From: Eledone cirrhosa
Taxonomy: Eukaryota
Length of the DNA stretch: 64,000 nt
NCBI GenBank assembly: GCA_964016885.1
Contig: OZ024747.1
Coordinates: 62,124,001 to 62,188,000, forward strand
Direction of reading: 5' to 3'
Below, piece after piece: positions 1-11,656 of this stretch (position 1 is its first letter; each line of letters opens with the position of its first letter). Under the pieces are notes generated by a model. That model saw only the letters and a program-made list of their open reading frames with translations. It had not been told where the DNA came from and made no database searches. The translations under genes and the position numbers were made by a program.

Positions 1-62
<62 letters not shown>
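1..62. repeat. (AG)n microsatellite
   Basis: Seen directly. Confidence 0.98.
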
Positions 63-65
<3 letters not shown>

Positions 66-344
66 AGATCAAAAGATAATGACAGATGACAAGACATCAA
101 CAAAGTTCAGAGAAGATAATTAAACAGCAGGGTTTAATCACCACCACCATTACTACTGTAATCACCACCGCCATTAGTATTACTACTGTAATCACTACCA
201 CCTCTACAACTACTTACTACCAACCCAACCACAATACTATTATAGTCACTATCACTTGTAGAATCAACACCACATCCACCACTACCATCACCACAACAAT
301 CAACCACCACCCAACTATGTAATACAAGTGACTTCTTAACACCA

Positions 345-580
345 ACCACTTCACAGAGTGTACTGGGTGCATTTCATCAAGTTACCAGCACTACCACTTT
401 ACAGAGTGTACTGGGTGCATTTTATCAAGTTACCAGCACTACCACTTTACAGAGTGGACTAGGTGCATTTTATCAAGTTACCAGCACTACTACTTTACAA
501 AGAGTACAAGGTGCATTTTATTATGACAACAGCAGTACCACTTTACAGAGTGTACGAGGTGCATTTTATCATGGTACCAT
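345..580. repeat. ~47-bp tandem repeat derived from the SINE2 body
   Basis: Repeated ACCACTTTACAGAGTGTACTGGGTGCATTTTATCAAGTTACCAGCACT. Confidence 0.8.
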
Positions 581-1357
581 ACATTCTGCTGAGTTTTTAT
601 GACTGCTGGATGCCCTTCCTAACACCAACCATGTTTACAGCGTAGTGCCGGATGGTTACATTATGAGAAGAGTTTGGCCAGTTGGCCGCACCGTACCTTG
701 CTCATAGCAGAACCATATTTTGGGAAGGGAAGAAAGATAAATGAAGTGAAGGTACAAACAAACATAACCAACTTTCTTACAATTTCCATTTACTGAATTC
801 ACAGAAAAGGCATTGGCAGGCTATAGTAGAAAACACTTGTTCCAGGTGCCACATGATGGGAGAGAACCTATGACCATGTGGTTGCATAATAAATATCTTA
901 ATTACACAGCCATTATATATTTGTGTAATGTGTATGAAATTTTGTTACATTTAACTGGGTTAGTTATATAGGTAGATAAAAAGTGTGTGTGTGTGAGAGA
1001 GTGAGAGAGAGTGTGTATGTGAGAATGTGTGTGTACGTGAGAGAAAAAGAGTCTGTACGTGAGAGAGAGTGTGTGTATATGAGAGAGTGAGTGAGAGTGT
1101 GTGTGTGCGTGAGAAAAAGAGTGTGTATGTGAGACAGAAAGTTTGTGTGCGCATGTGCATGCATATGCATGTGTGCATGTATGCACCTGAAGGAAACTGC
1201 AGAATATATTGATCTGAATAGTATAAATGAAAAGAGTAAAGATAAAAATCAATAGCCTGATCAATGCATTCTGTCGTATTATAGTAACTCAATTACAAAG
1301 ATATTCACTTCAACTGAAAGTATTTTAAAGAACCACAGGGAAAGTATTTTAACACTT

Positions 1358-1661
1358 CTGAAAGACACAGTCTATGGTTTTAACATTTATGTTACAACAT
1401 TTCTTATGAAAGACACAGTCTATGGTTTTAACATTTATGTTACGACATTTCTTATGAAAGACAGTCTATGGTTTTAACATTTATGTTACGACATTTCTTA
1501 TGAAAGACACAGTCTATGGTTTTAACATTTATGTTACAACATTTCTTATGAAAGACACAGTCTATGGTTTTAACACTTATGTTACCATATTTCTTATGAA
1601 AGACACAGTCTATGGTTTTAACATTTATGTTACCATATTTCTTCTGAAAGACACAGTCTAT
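1358..1661. repeat. 48-bp tandem repeat, ~6 copies
   Basis: TGAAAGACACAGTCTATGGTTTTAACATTTATGTTACAACATTTCTTA. Confidence 0.95.
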
Positions 1662-1712
1662 CATCATCATCATTAATATAATAAAATGTAGTTTGCCTGA
1701 AGCATTTTATGT

Positions 1713-2086
1713 AATATATAATGTGGAAAGTGATATATGTAAGAAGGCTGAAACAATGCAAAATGGATGGTAAGATGAAGGTAACGAAAAAGTTAGATAC
1801 CTGGTAATCTTTGTTTTTTATTGTCTCTTTCGTCCTAATATTTCAGGACTTAAAATTCCCTTTGTCAGAGTATAGGGAACTCTCAGCGAATAGAACAGAA
1901 CCTTTTTCTCTGACAATTCCCCATACTCCGTCAAAGGGAATTTTAAGTCCTGAAATATTAGGACGAAAAAAAAAAAAGCAAAAAACAAACATTACTAGGT
2001 AACTAACTTTTTTGTTACCTTCATCTTACCGTCCATTTTGAATTGTTTTAGCCTTATTACATATATTACTTTCCACATTATATATT
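1713..2086. repeat. ~370-bp near-palindrome (foldback), each arm with a degenerate hammerhead-like motif
   Basis: Left and right halves are reverse complements (e.g. CGTCCTAATATTTCAGGACTTAAAATTCCCTTTG / CAAAGGGAATTTTAAGTCCTGAAATATTAGGACG). Confidence 0.8.
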
Positions 2087-2436
2087 CAGTAAAATAATCA
2101 ACTTTAAGATTAAGCTGGTGTTTGGACTATAAAGTTACTCACATAAAATTACGAGTATAAACTCTCACTATTGGATATCTAGCTAGCCATTCCTCTTTAA
2201 GTATAAACATTTCACTCTTTTGATTATTATTCTTGCTACATTCTCTCTGTAAAGTGGTAGCATTGGTATTAAGATGCATTCAGTACACCATGTAAAGTGG
2301 TTAGCCTTAAGGACATCCAGCCGTTAAAATCATGTTAAAGTGGAATGTTTGAGCAAAACATGGTCATCTGACCAGTCTAGCTTCAGTATATGACAAACCA
2401 TCTAACACATGAAAGCATGGGAAATAGACATATGAT

Positions 2437-2600
2437 CAGGGCCTTTGAGAGGGGTGCCTAGCTGGTACTTTGTTCCAGGGTCCAAGAGTTAAGAAGGCCC
2501 CACAGCAACCATGCAACATCCATTTTAAAAAAATCTTTGCCTGCTCCAGGCCCCAAAGGGGTTATGAAACTGCCTTGCAAAATTTCTCTTGGAGGCCCTG
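2437..2600. mobile_element. hAT-type MITE
   Basis: TIRs CAGGGCCTTTGAGAG / CTCTTGGAGGCCCTG; 8-bp TSD CATATGAT/CATATCAT; inserted into a SINE tail. Confidence 0.7.
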
Positions 2601-2840
2601 CATATCATGACGAAATACTTTAAAATAAACAGTTTAGTATCATAGAACAAGGATCAGTTTCAGCTGGACTAGTTATCAACAGAGTTAAAGAACCTCAGTG
2701 ATGGTATAGGAAAAAAAGTCTTAAAATATAAGATAACAGTAGAAAAATGTTGAAAGATTAGCAGTGAGAGAAAGGGAAACATGGCAGCCTTTAATATATA
2801 CAGCACTCACAGTTTGTGTTAGGCCTAGCAGCCACCTCAC

Positions 2841-2986
2841 CTCGGCAATGCTGGAGATCTGTGGACATGGATATGGAAGGGATGTTGATTTTGTCAACAT
2901 ATTCGAGTGACCTCTCTTTCCATGGTATTCGTTGTAGATAGCCATCAATGGTGGAGAAGATGAGATGCTCTTGGTTACTTACTAGG
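2841..2986 (-). CDS. RIC1: RIC1 coding exon 5 (LVSNQEHLIFSTIDGYLQRIPW...STDLQHCR, 146 nt)
   Basis: tttcaccag| acceptor, G|GTGAGG donor, phase 2 to 1. Matches RIC1 L.S..E.L...T.DG.L..I.W...S.DLQ..R. I found no further exon in 1-2840. Confidence 0.92.
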
Positions 2987-3815
2987 CTGGTGAAATAAAA
3001 ACGTAAGTACATATTATGGTAAATTATAAGAAAGCAAGAACAACTAACATTATAATTCTTTAACATTTAAACCAGCCATATCCAGCCAGAATTCTCTCAC
3101 TTCTTTCTGTTCAAACCGGCCATAACTGACCACTCATACTGATGTTAAGGTATTTTTAAATAACATCAAAATCTCGTAGATTTGATATTAAGTAAGATAA
3201 AGCCTTTACCACATAAATACAAAAGTATATATAGAGTAGTGTAAATGTTAAAGGGTTAAGACCATGTTCCCTGCTGAAATAAAGGTTAGCCTTGGAAACC
3301 CCTTAACATGTTTTTACACTTTTCTCTGCCTGCATCCATCCCAAGTGTAACTGATTTAGAATCTGTATCTCTGCATATGGTAAAAGAATTGGTGCCAGGA
3401 AGAGCACCCAGCCATAATACAATGTCTCATAAAGGACCTCATGAGTTATATTTGGTAAATTGTAAGAAAAAAAAATACAGAATAAACAGCTTGTTAATTG
3501 TATTATCTTCATAATAATTGTTTCTACTTTAGGCACAAGGCCAGAAATTACCCCCAGCACATTACTGGTACTTTATTTTATCGACCCCGTAAGGATGAAA
3601 GGCAAAGTTAACCTCAGCGGGATTTGAACTCAGACCGTAACTCTATGCTGCAAAGCATGGCGTCCGACCCTCTAGATACTGTCAATCCACTGCCCTAATT
3701 GCCAATCCACCGAATGATATACAGGGAGGGCCATAAAATGATGATGATGATAATATAGTAAATTCCCTTCACTATATTTTTAATTTCACATTTATTTACT
3801 CCTAGACAGTTTTAA

Positions 3816-4021
3816 CCCTTTAGCATTTACATTACTCTATATATACTATTGTATTTTCACAGTAAAGGATTTACCTCACATAATATCGAATCTATGAGAT
3901 TTTGATATTTATTTTGAGAACAATACCTTAACATCAGTATGAGCAGCCAGTTACAGCCAGTTTAAACAGAAAGAGAGTGAGATAATTCTGGCCAGATATG
4001 GCCGGTTTAAATGCTAAAGAG
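3816..4021. mobile_element. piggyBac-type MITE family (~200 bp), representative copy
   Basis: TTAA|CCCTTTAGCATTTA...TAAATGCTAAAG(A/G)G|TTAA. Other copies at ~3060-3256, 7825-8028, 8823-9027, 15366-16164 (interrupted), 47315-47516, 48690-48899, 48904-49078, 53819-54012 and 63890-64000. Confidence 0.82.
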
Positions 4022-4774
4022 TTAATGTCCATATTTCTCAGTTTTTGGTGTTTTTCATCATCATTTTACACTCACTTTCCATGCTGACATAGGGTTGTCT
4101 GACTTACAGTTTCAGTAAGTTTTTATTTAGAGTTATTGCCTTCAGGCATGCATTGAAGAACCATGTCTTACTTGTACATAATATTTTAGGTATGGTTTCT
4201 ATGGTTAGAGGCCCTTCCTAATACAAACCACTTTACAGGGTGCAGGTTACCATGGCACCAGCTCCAGAGAGATTGTTATGTCTTTAGCAACACTAAAAGG
4301 GCTTCCGATCCTGTGTTGTTTCAACTCATTTGCCCATCACTTTACAGAGTGTACTGGGTGCATGTGATCATTGCACCAGCACTAGAAAGATTGTCAAGTC
4401 TTCCCAACCCTATGTTATTTTCTCTCACTTCCCAACCACTTTACAGAGTGTACCGAGTTCATTAGTACTACCATTAATAATATTATGGGGATACAGCATA
4501 GCTAAATGGTTCAGAAGTTCACTTCACAGTCATAAGGTCTGATGTTCGATCCTATTAGTTGTATCTTAAGAAAGTGTCATTTACTATTAGACTCAGGTTA
4601 ACCGAACCTTTGTGAGTGAAACTGGAAGGATGGAAACTTCAGAGTCTAGTCAAATAGACATGTCATATTGAATCATCATCATTGTTTAACATCCATTTTC
4701 CACGCTAGAATGAGTAGGACATGCTGTCTCGTGAGATCCAATTCAGAGGACCATGTTTTGCTCACACAGAACTG

Positions 4775-5102
4775 ATTTTACAGTATGTACTGGATGCTTT
4801 TTGTCATGACATCTACACGACCATTTTACAGTGTGGACTGGATGCTTTTTGTCATGACATCTACACGACCATTTTACAGTGTGGACTGGATGCTTTTTGT
4901 CATGACACCTACACGACCATTTTACAGTGTGGACTGGGTGCTTTTTGTCATGACACCTACACGACCATTTTACAGTGTGGACTGGATGCTTTTTGTCATG
5001 ACACCTACACAACCATTTTACAGTATGGACTGGGTGCTTTTTGTCATGACACCCACACGACCATTTTACAGTGTGGACTGGGTGCTTTTTGTCATAACAC
5101 CT
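4775..5102. repeat. 48-bp tandem repeat, ~7 copies, SINE2-related
   Basis: ATTTTACAGTGTGGACTGGATGCTTTTTGTCATGACACCTACACGACC. Confidence 0.95.
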
Positions 5103-5280
5103 AAGAGTACATGTTTCTGTGGAATGCTCAGTCACTTTCATGTTAATATCATGAACAGCCTGTTCCATTGGATTGAACAAATGGAACAGTGATTGTCAAA
5201 AGTGACAGAGGTCTCTTCCATTCTACTATAATTATTAGTTCAACGGAGAATACAAGGAGAAAATAAGACAAGGTAGTTAC

Positions 5281-5388
5281 CATGTTATGTAAGAGGAACA
5301 TAGTACTGTTGAGAGTAAAGAAATTTCAATGGCAGGGACACTGTCAGCCTCCAGTATTCCATTGACATCTTGTTTTGGTATATAAAGT
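5281..5388 (-). CDS. RIC1: RIC1 coding exon 4 (LYIPKQDVNGILEADSVPAIEISL...SSYIT, 108 nt)
   Basis: tttgtag| acceptor, TG|GTAACT donor. Open in phase 2 to 2 and links exons 3 and 5 in frame; weaker similarity (E..PA..L). Confidence 0.78.
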
Positions 5389-5493
5389 CTACAAATAATA
5401 ATAATAATATTTTAAAAGGATTGACGTAACTCTTCACAAAGGTAAATAGACAATACGAAGACCACGATGCAATTGCAATCGATATTTTATTGG

Positions 5494-5536
5494 TTGAACA
5501 ATATTTCGACAGCTAGTCTGTCTTTGTCAAGTTCAA
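5494..5536 (-). ncRNA. Minimal hammerhead with U3-A8 variant core
   Basis: TTGAAC-TTGACAA-A-GACAG-actag-CTGTC-GAA-ATAT-T-GTTCAA; perfect 6-bp stem I and 5-bp stem II. Confidence 0.72.
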
Positions 5537-5682
5537 AATGAAATGTGATAAAAACTCAAAATTATAGAAATTCAAATCCAAAATATGAATGAGGCCAACC
5601 TACTTGGGGACGCAGGTAGGCCTCATACTAAAATATCTATTGCAATCGCATCACGCTCTTCGTATTGTTTAATAATAATAAT

Positions 5683-5945
5683 AATTCTTGGAATGATAAA
5701 AAAGAGTACTAAAAAAATATTTGAACTGTATATCTGGAAAGTCATCTCTGGAAGAGATACAGAAAACAGTATTGACTGGCATTGTCCATGTCCTGAGAAG
5801 GGCATTATCAATTTAAAAACCTTGCAAAGACCTTTACTGTCGCATCATTTGTATGACAATTGTAAAATGTGTATATTATCAAATTTTGCCACAGATGTCA
5901 GGTTGACAATTGGTATAATTTGGGAAAGAAGCAGAATTCTGTCAA
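5683..5945 (+). mobile_element. 3' end of an R4/Dong-like (RLE) non-LTR retrotransposon
   Basis: LGMIKKSTKK, frameshift, then YLNCISGKSSLEEIQKTVLTGIVHVLRRALSI* resembles the R4-clade C-terminus; flanked by (AAT)n, the usual Dong-type target. Confidence 0.65.
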
Positions 5946-6704
5946 ATAACAATAATAATCATTTCTTATTAGCCACACAGGGCTCACATTAAGAAAACAT
6001 TAAAGACAGTACAGGAAGATACAGTGTGGGGTATTTTTATGTAAAATAAAATTTATAACAGACCGATAATAAACAAAACAAAACAAAATAAGACAAAATG
6101 ACAGAAAATGATAAATACAATGTTTGCGTAACTATCAGTGTATAGTTAACACATTTTATACCAATATGATAGAAAACTGCCTGTGTTAAAAATGTTCATA
6201 TTTAGATTAAAATTTTCCAACATAATTCTTTTCTTTTCAATGGCTGACAATAGTAAGGTAATTATTTAACCCAACATAATTTGATATACCTGTGATCTCT
6301 CAATTCGAAGAATTGAGAGATCACAGCTCCGATACTATGGGCATGTGGTTAGAATCACTGGACAGATTTTATGTGCAGGAGACCCAGGGGTAGACCTCGA
6401 GCAAGATGGTTGGATAACATCCATGAGCTTGGTTGGTCTTGCTTGGAGTTCCAGCCAGATCAATTGGTTGCTTCTGACAGAACCTGCTGGAAGGAGTGTT
6501 TGAGGACTCTGCCCCCATGAACCTCTCAGGAATAAGTGGGAGAAGAAGATAATTTGATATAAGAACATTTTGTTATGTTATGATGTTACAAATACCATTA
6601 AAAAAAAGAAAAGTAAAGAAAGGATAAATATAGTTACAAACTTAAATTCATGAGTAATTAGCAAGAAACATTTCTCATGTTGGAATTATGAATGGTGTAC
6701 TTAC

Positions 6705-6793
6705 TTTTTTTCATGTTGGACATAAAGACAATGATGGTTTGGAATGGATCTATCAAGATCAACCTTGAAAAATAGTATATAGTTTTTGCTGGT
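6705..6793 (-). CDS. RIC1: RIC1 coding exon 3 (TSKNYILFFKV...HCLYVQHEK, 89 nt)
   Basis: ttttccag| acceptor, AA|GTAAGT donor, phase 0 to 2. Matches RIC1 T.NGYILFF...YLY. Confidence 0.88.
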
Positions 6794-7081
6794 CTGGAAA
6801 AGAAAAAAGAAATGAAATAACAAAAACACAGTTATACAAGAGATAGCGATATGAATAAACCTCTTTTTTCTCTAAAAAAAACTTTATTCCGTTTCCGCCA
6901 CTGCCAGTCTCCCCAATCTTTCTATTTCTTCTTAAATTTCTCCGTCTATTTTCTGACGAAGGACTAGCGTTCAAAACGTTAAGACTCTTTTCCAACTATA
7001 TCAAGCGAAAAACTAATAATATATTTCTTCATTGTACTGTATTGTTTGCTTTCTTATTTCTGTTTGCCTTTTGTATATATA

Positions 7082-7552
7082 CCGTATATGCTGGCATACA
7101 AGTTGACATTTGGAGCATAAAAATCTCTCCAAAACCACTAAGGGGTAAACTGTGAAAGTGCCTGCCTAACACTTGTTGTACACCACTTACCGTAACTAAC
7201 AGCCACCACAATTATTTCCTACTGAATCTTATATTTATTAAGTCTATTTAATGTAGAAATTATAATATTAATGACTTGCAGTAGCTCATAGGGTAGGTTA
7301 TGTAAGGTTCTTTAACGTTAGGCTAGGCTGGTTTACTCAGTGAGTTAGAACTCACTTGCAACTACAGTGTTTTAGAAGTGTCTTAGCCTTTAGCTTGCCA
7401 CTAAATATTTGGAATTATTTCCCCTGCAACTGCCTTATTTTTTTTTGGGGGGGGGGGGGTCTTACCTGGCAAATATAGGCCTAAACCTGAATTACATCTC
7501 AGAATTTTAGGGGTTGACTTATGCGCTGGATCGACTTGCACCCCGGCATATA
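7082..7552. mobile_element. Tc1/mariner-type MITE (similar element at ~51868-52338)
   Basis: TA|CCGTATATGCTGGCATACAAGTTGA ... TCGACTTGCACCCCGGCATATA imperfect TIRs. Confidence 0.55.
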
Positions 7553-8049
7553 TATATATATATATATGGAAAAGGAAAATGGACAGTGATGATGACATAT
7601 ATATATCTTCATCATTGGAGATAAGAAAACGGCAGTGTTCAGACCTAGAGAGATGAAGGGCTCCACCAGGTTTAAAGTACCCAAGACATAATGTCATGAT
7701 GGAGTTATAGGTTCATACATATATATATTTCCAAAATAAAACACAACAATAGTTGTAAGAAAGGGAACTAAAAAAAAAACAGATATAATAATAGTAATCA
7801 AAGTAAAAATAGAAATAGCTTTAGCCCTTTAGCATTACTCTATATTTACTATTATATTTTCATAGTAAAGGCTTTACCCCACATAATATCGAATCTATGA
7901 GATTTTGATTATTATTTATTTTGAGAACAATACCTTAACATCAGTATGAGCGGCCAGTTACCTTTTTTCTATTCAAACCAGCTGTAAGAGAATTGTGGCC
8001 GGACACAGCCAGTTTAAACACTAAAGGGTTACAATGTAAAATAGAAGCA

Positions 8050-8720
8050 TATGATGATGACAAAAATAATCAGAGATGGATATTTGTCAGTGCAATGAAG
8101 CAGAAAAAAAGCCTTCAGGCTGACTTTCCTAATTGCACAATAGTGTATGGCCTATAAGGAATCATTCAATGTCACTAGCTTTGACTACAAAACTGCATCC
8201 AACCATATACAGTATTACAGAAAAGTGGCACTATGAATCCAACTAGAACGGGCGACATGAACTGAATAGGTCATTGTTGAGCGATCAATGAATTAAACCT
8301 CCGACTGCAGCTACTCAGCCACAACAACCACACCCTATATACTTAGGTTATATATGTGATGAATAAATATAATAATTTACTTTAACTACTACCCCTACAC
8401 AATACTAATTGTCCAGCAACAGAAACAGCTTGAGCAGTAGACAGCTGACCTGAAAAGACACCTACACAAATGATAAATCACTGAGTGATGGTGACAACAG
8501 ATGTGTAACTATGTTTGCTATACTGACATTTTGAAGCAGAATACTATAGTAGTGAAGACAACTGTTAAAATAAATAGCTATAGCAGACAAAGGTCTTCTG
8601 TAGCAAGTGCTTTGACATAGCAATATATCAAAATATTTTATTTCCAGAACCAATATACTTATACAGTGGTCAAATCTTCCAGAATCAGTGAAGAACTTTT
8701 TCATACCAAGAACTTAACTA
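8050..8720 (+). mobile_element. Possible highly degenerate CR1/L2-group LINE tail
   Basis: YFISRT...QWSNLPESV resembles the FFPRT..WN.LP tail motif; otherwise weak. Confidence 0.35.
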
Positions 8721-9279
8721 CCTAATCTAGAAGATAAATCTTCTCTCAAAATTCTTGAACCGCTAACACTAATGTTGATTTAGCTGGTCTCCTACAAGAG
8801 GGTTTTGTTTTTAGTGTTTGAACCCTTTAGCATTTAAACCAGCTGTATCTGGCCAGAATTCTCTTACCTCTCTTTGTTCAAACCAGTCATAAGTGGCTGC
8901 TCATACTTATGTTAAGGTATTGTTCTCAAAATAAGTAATATCAAAATCTCGTAGATTCCATGTGAAATAAAGTGCTTACCATGCAAATACAATACAATAG
9001 TAAATGTACAGATATAGAGTAATGTAAAGATATGCCCCCAGTTTTATGAAAAGAAATATTAAAAAATATGAAAATAAATAAAGCAATAAATAAAGAACAT
9101 AGCATGCTGCCCAGTCCAGGAATCAAAAACACAAACATATGATCCTGAACCCAACGCCCTAAACACTAGGCAACAAATAAATACCATAAAATATAAAGCC
9201 TAAGATAGTAAACTGAACATAATAAATGGCTTGAGCCAATGACTCCATTAACAACAACTGTAAGTAAAATAAAACTCAC

Positions 9280-9387
9280 TGTGACAGCAATGAGAGATGC
9301 ATCATCTTTCCATTTTGCAAGACAGCAATCTCCAACTTCTTTGTGTTTTGATGTGGAAAGTTTAAAGTTGACTATTTGAACTGATGG
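9280..9387 (-). CDS. RIC1: RIC1 coding exon 2 (PSVQIVNFKL...WKDDASLIAVT, 36 codons)
   Basis: Polypyrimidine tract then GGCAG| acceptor; ACA|GTGAGT donor. Continues exon 1 in phase 0 and matches RIC1 PSVLIV..K...W..DS..IAVS. Confidence 0.93.
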
Positions 9388-10134
9388 CTGCCAAAAAAAA
9401 AAGAACAAAATCTAAACTATAATAAAGGAAGGTCTGCGGGATTGCGTATGGTTTTTTTTTTTTTCATCCCGTGTGTAAAATAAGTTGGATTACTTTGAAT
9501 AAATAATGAATGAATATTACATAATTTATCTACTCAATTTCGTAAACAAAATTAATTTCATAAAAATAAATAATTTCAAGTTGACTTCTTTTCAAAGTTG
9601 CACTTCCGCTATATCGTCGCCACCACCACTACTTCAACTCCCATATATATAGAAAGAGAGAGTGTGTGATGAAAGAGAGAGAGATTATGACTTTCTACAC
9701 GCTGACATGTATGATTGTGCACATACATCTGAATGTATGAGTATATAACTATAATCGCGCAAACACAAACTTATAAAAATACACTCTCACGGACATAATT
9801 CACACAAATACACATACTTTCACACAAATATACATACATTCACACAAACATACATACTTTCACACAAATACACACTCTTTTATATTCAATTATAATATAC
9901 GGCTCGGAAAAATCTCTTTCCTAGAGCTATTTTATTGTAAGAGACTATTTTGAGTTTCTAACTCAATATATACATACATTTGCACAAACATACATACTTT
10001 CACACAAATATACATACTTTCACACAAATATATATACATTTACACAAATATACATACATTTACACAAACACATACATATAGGCATGATAGCGTTCGGTGA
10101 AGTGGAAATGGGAGGGTAAAACAAGTATAACGTT

Positions 10135-10760
10135 TTATTTATTTATTAACTCTTTTTTTTAAAACTCGTTTAATATAATGCTTACAGAAGGAAAACACTA
10201 ACAAATATAATATATACAAAGGAATGGTAAAAGAAGAAAGGAAAAAAAGAAAGAGAAATAATACACACATCTTAGACCACATCAACAAAAGGCACGCGAA
10301 AGGGGTGGACAAACGAGACGCTACCAGAGCAAAAGATAGCAATATAGCGAAGAGCACTGGGAAACCTCTCTAATAATTTTTGAGGCAAGCCAGCACGCTT
10401 GCAGCGTTACCTGGGGTGATGGCGAGGCTGAGATGCTGGAACAACCAACTGCCCTCACGAGCATCACCAGTTACCTGTGTGGCGAGCCGCCAGTGAAGAT
10501 AAGAACCTCGCTGTCAGTAGCCCGACTCCCTCAAACGTCTCGAACGCCACAGGCTGGATAATGTATTTATCTGACAGAACACGGTATTTTAGGATTTTGT
10601 TCCATTCAGCTGCGGATGCTGTAGCTCTCGCCCTTACCTCTGCATCCAGAATGTGGAAAGAAGCAAAAGAGTCACTAACTGTGACGTCCCAGGTAAGGCT
10701 CCTGCCTGCCTCTTGACCAAGAGCACAGAGTGAGACTGTCAAGTTTCTCATCAATTCAGG
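10135..10760 (-). mobile_element. CRE-like non-LTR retrotransposon 3' fragment (restriction-like endonuclease)
   Basis: GRSLTWDVTVSD...ASAAE..KILKY...IQPVAFETF.G...FL, then REGSWLFQHLSLAI..GNAASVL; A-rich tail. Confidence 0.8.
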
Positions 10761-10964
10761 ACAACCCAGACGGTTCCAAAATTGAGGAGATGTTTGCCCG
10801 GGCCAAAGTTCTTGAGTGGTAATAGGACAGTGTGTGTATGTGTGCGTGCGTGAGTTTGTCGGCGTTCTTAAATTAGAGACACGTGTGTGTGTGTGTGTGT
10901 CACTGTTTTTGAGTTAGAGACATATGTGTGTATCCCTTTCCTTCCTTTTACACACATACATTCA

Positions 10965-11656
10965 CACATTGCATGATGGACGGGTGGACAGAAGTCCCTT
11001 GAATTTATATACATGTGAATGGAGTTCTACTGAAGCAGTTAGAGAAGTTCAAGAATCTTGGAGCCGTGTTCATGAGTGATGGAATGCAGGGGGGTAAATT
11101 AAGTGCAAGAATTACAAAAGCTGATGCAGTAATGTGCCAGCCTCAGCATTCAGCAATCAGAAGAAGGGGGTAGGTGTAAAAGCCAAACTTGCTGTCTTCC
11201 TGGTATTCCTGCCAACTCTTACCGAGGATCATGAATCTTGAGTAATGACCAAAAGAATACAATTGCAAATAAAAGTGGCAGAAATGGGATTCCTCCAAAG
11301 AGTCTTTGGAGTAAAGTTACTCGATAAAGTGCATAACTCAGAGACCAGAGTCACTCCTGGTAGAGTCGCTACTTCTCCCAATTGAGCGATCACAACTCCG
11401 ATATTATGAGCATGTGGTTAGAATGTCTCAGTAAAAAATTGCTGGACACATTTTACAGGCAAAACCAAACCGGCAAGAGACCCAGAGGTAGACCCTGAGC
11501 AAGCTAGTTGGATAATATCCATGAGCTTGGCTGGTCACGCTTTGGGATCCAGCTGGATCAGTTAGAGATGTTTGCTACTGACAGACTCGCTGGAAGGAGT
11601 GTTTGAGAAGGACTCTGCCCCCACGACCCTCTCAGAAATAAGTGGGCGAAGAAGAA
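10965..11656 (+). mobile_element. RTE-clade LINE 3' fragment (shorter copies at ~6295-6550 + and ~52900-53157 -)
   Basis: LKQLEKFKNLGAVFMSDG, PTLT..HES*VMT, AEMGFLQRV.G..LLDKV.N, IERSQLRYYEHVVRM, GKRPRGRP; (GAA)n tail. Confidence 0.82.

Noticed and set aside
1186-1315. Possible RIC1 exon 6 (minus-strand ctttcag...cag|gtgcat)
   Set aside because: The required phase hits a TAA after about ten codons and there is no similarity to the expected RIC1 segment.
1358-5102. 48-bp arrays as CRISPR repeats or Cys/His-rich proteins
   Set aside because: Contiguous tandem units without spacers; the ORFs merely reflect unit length.
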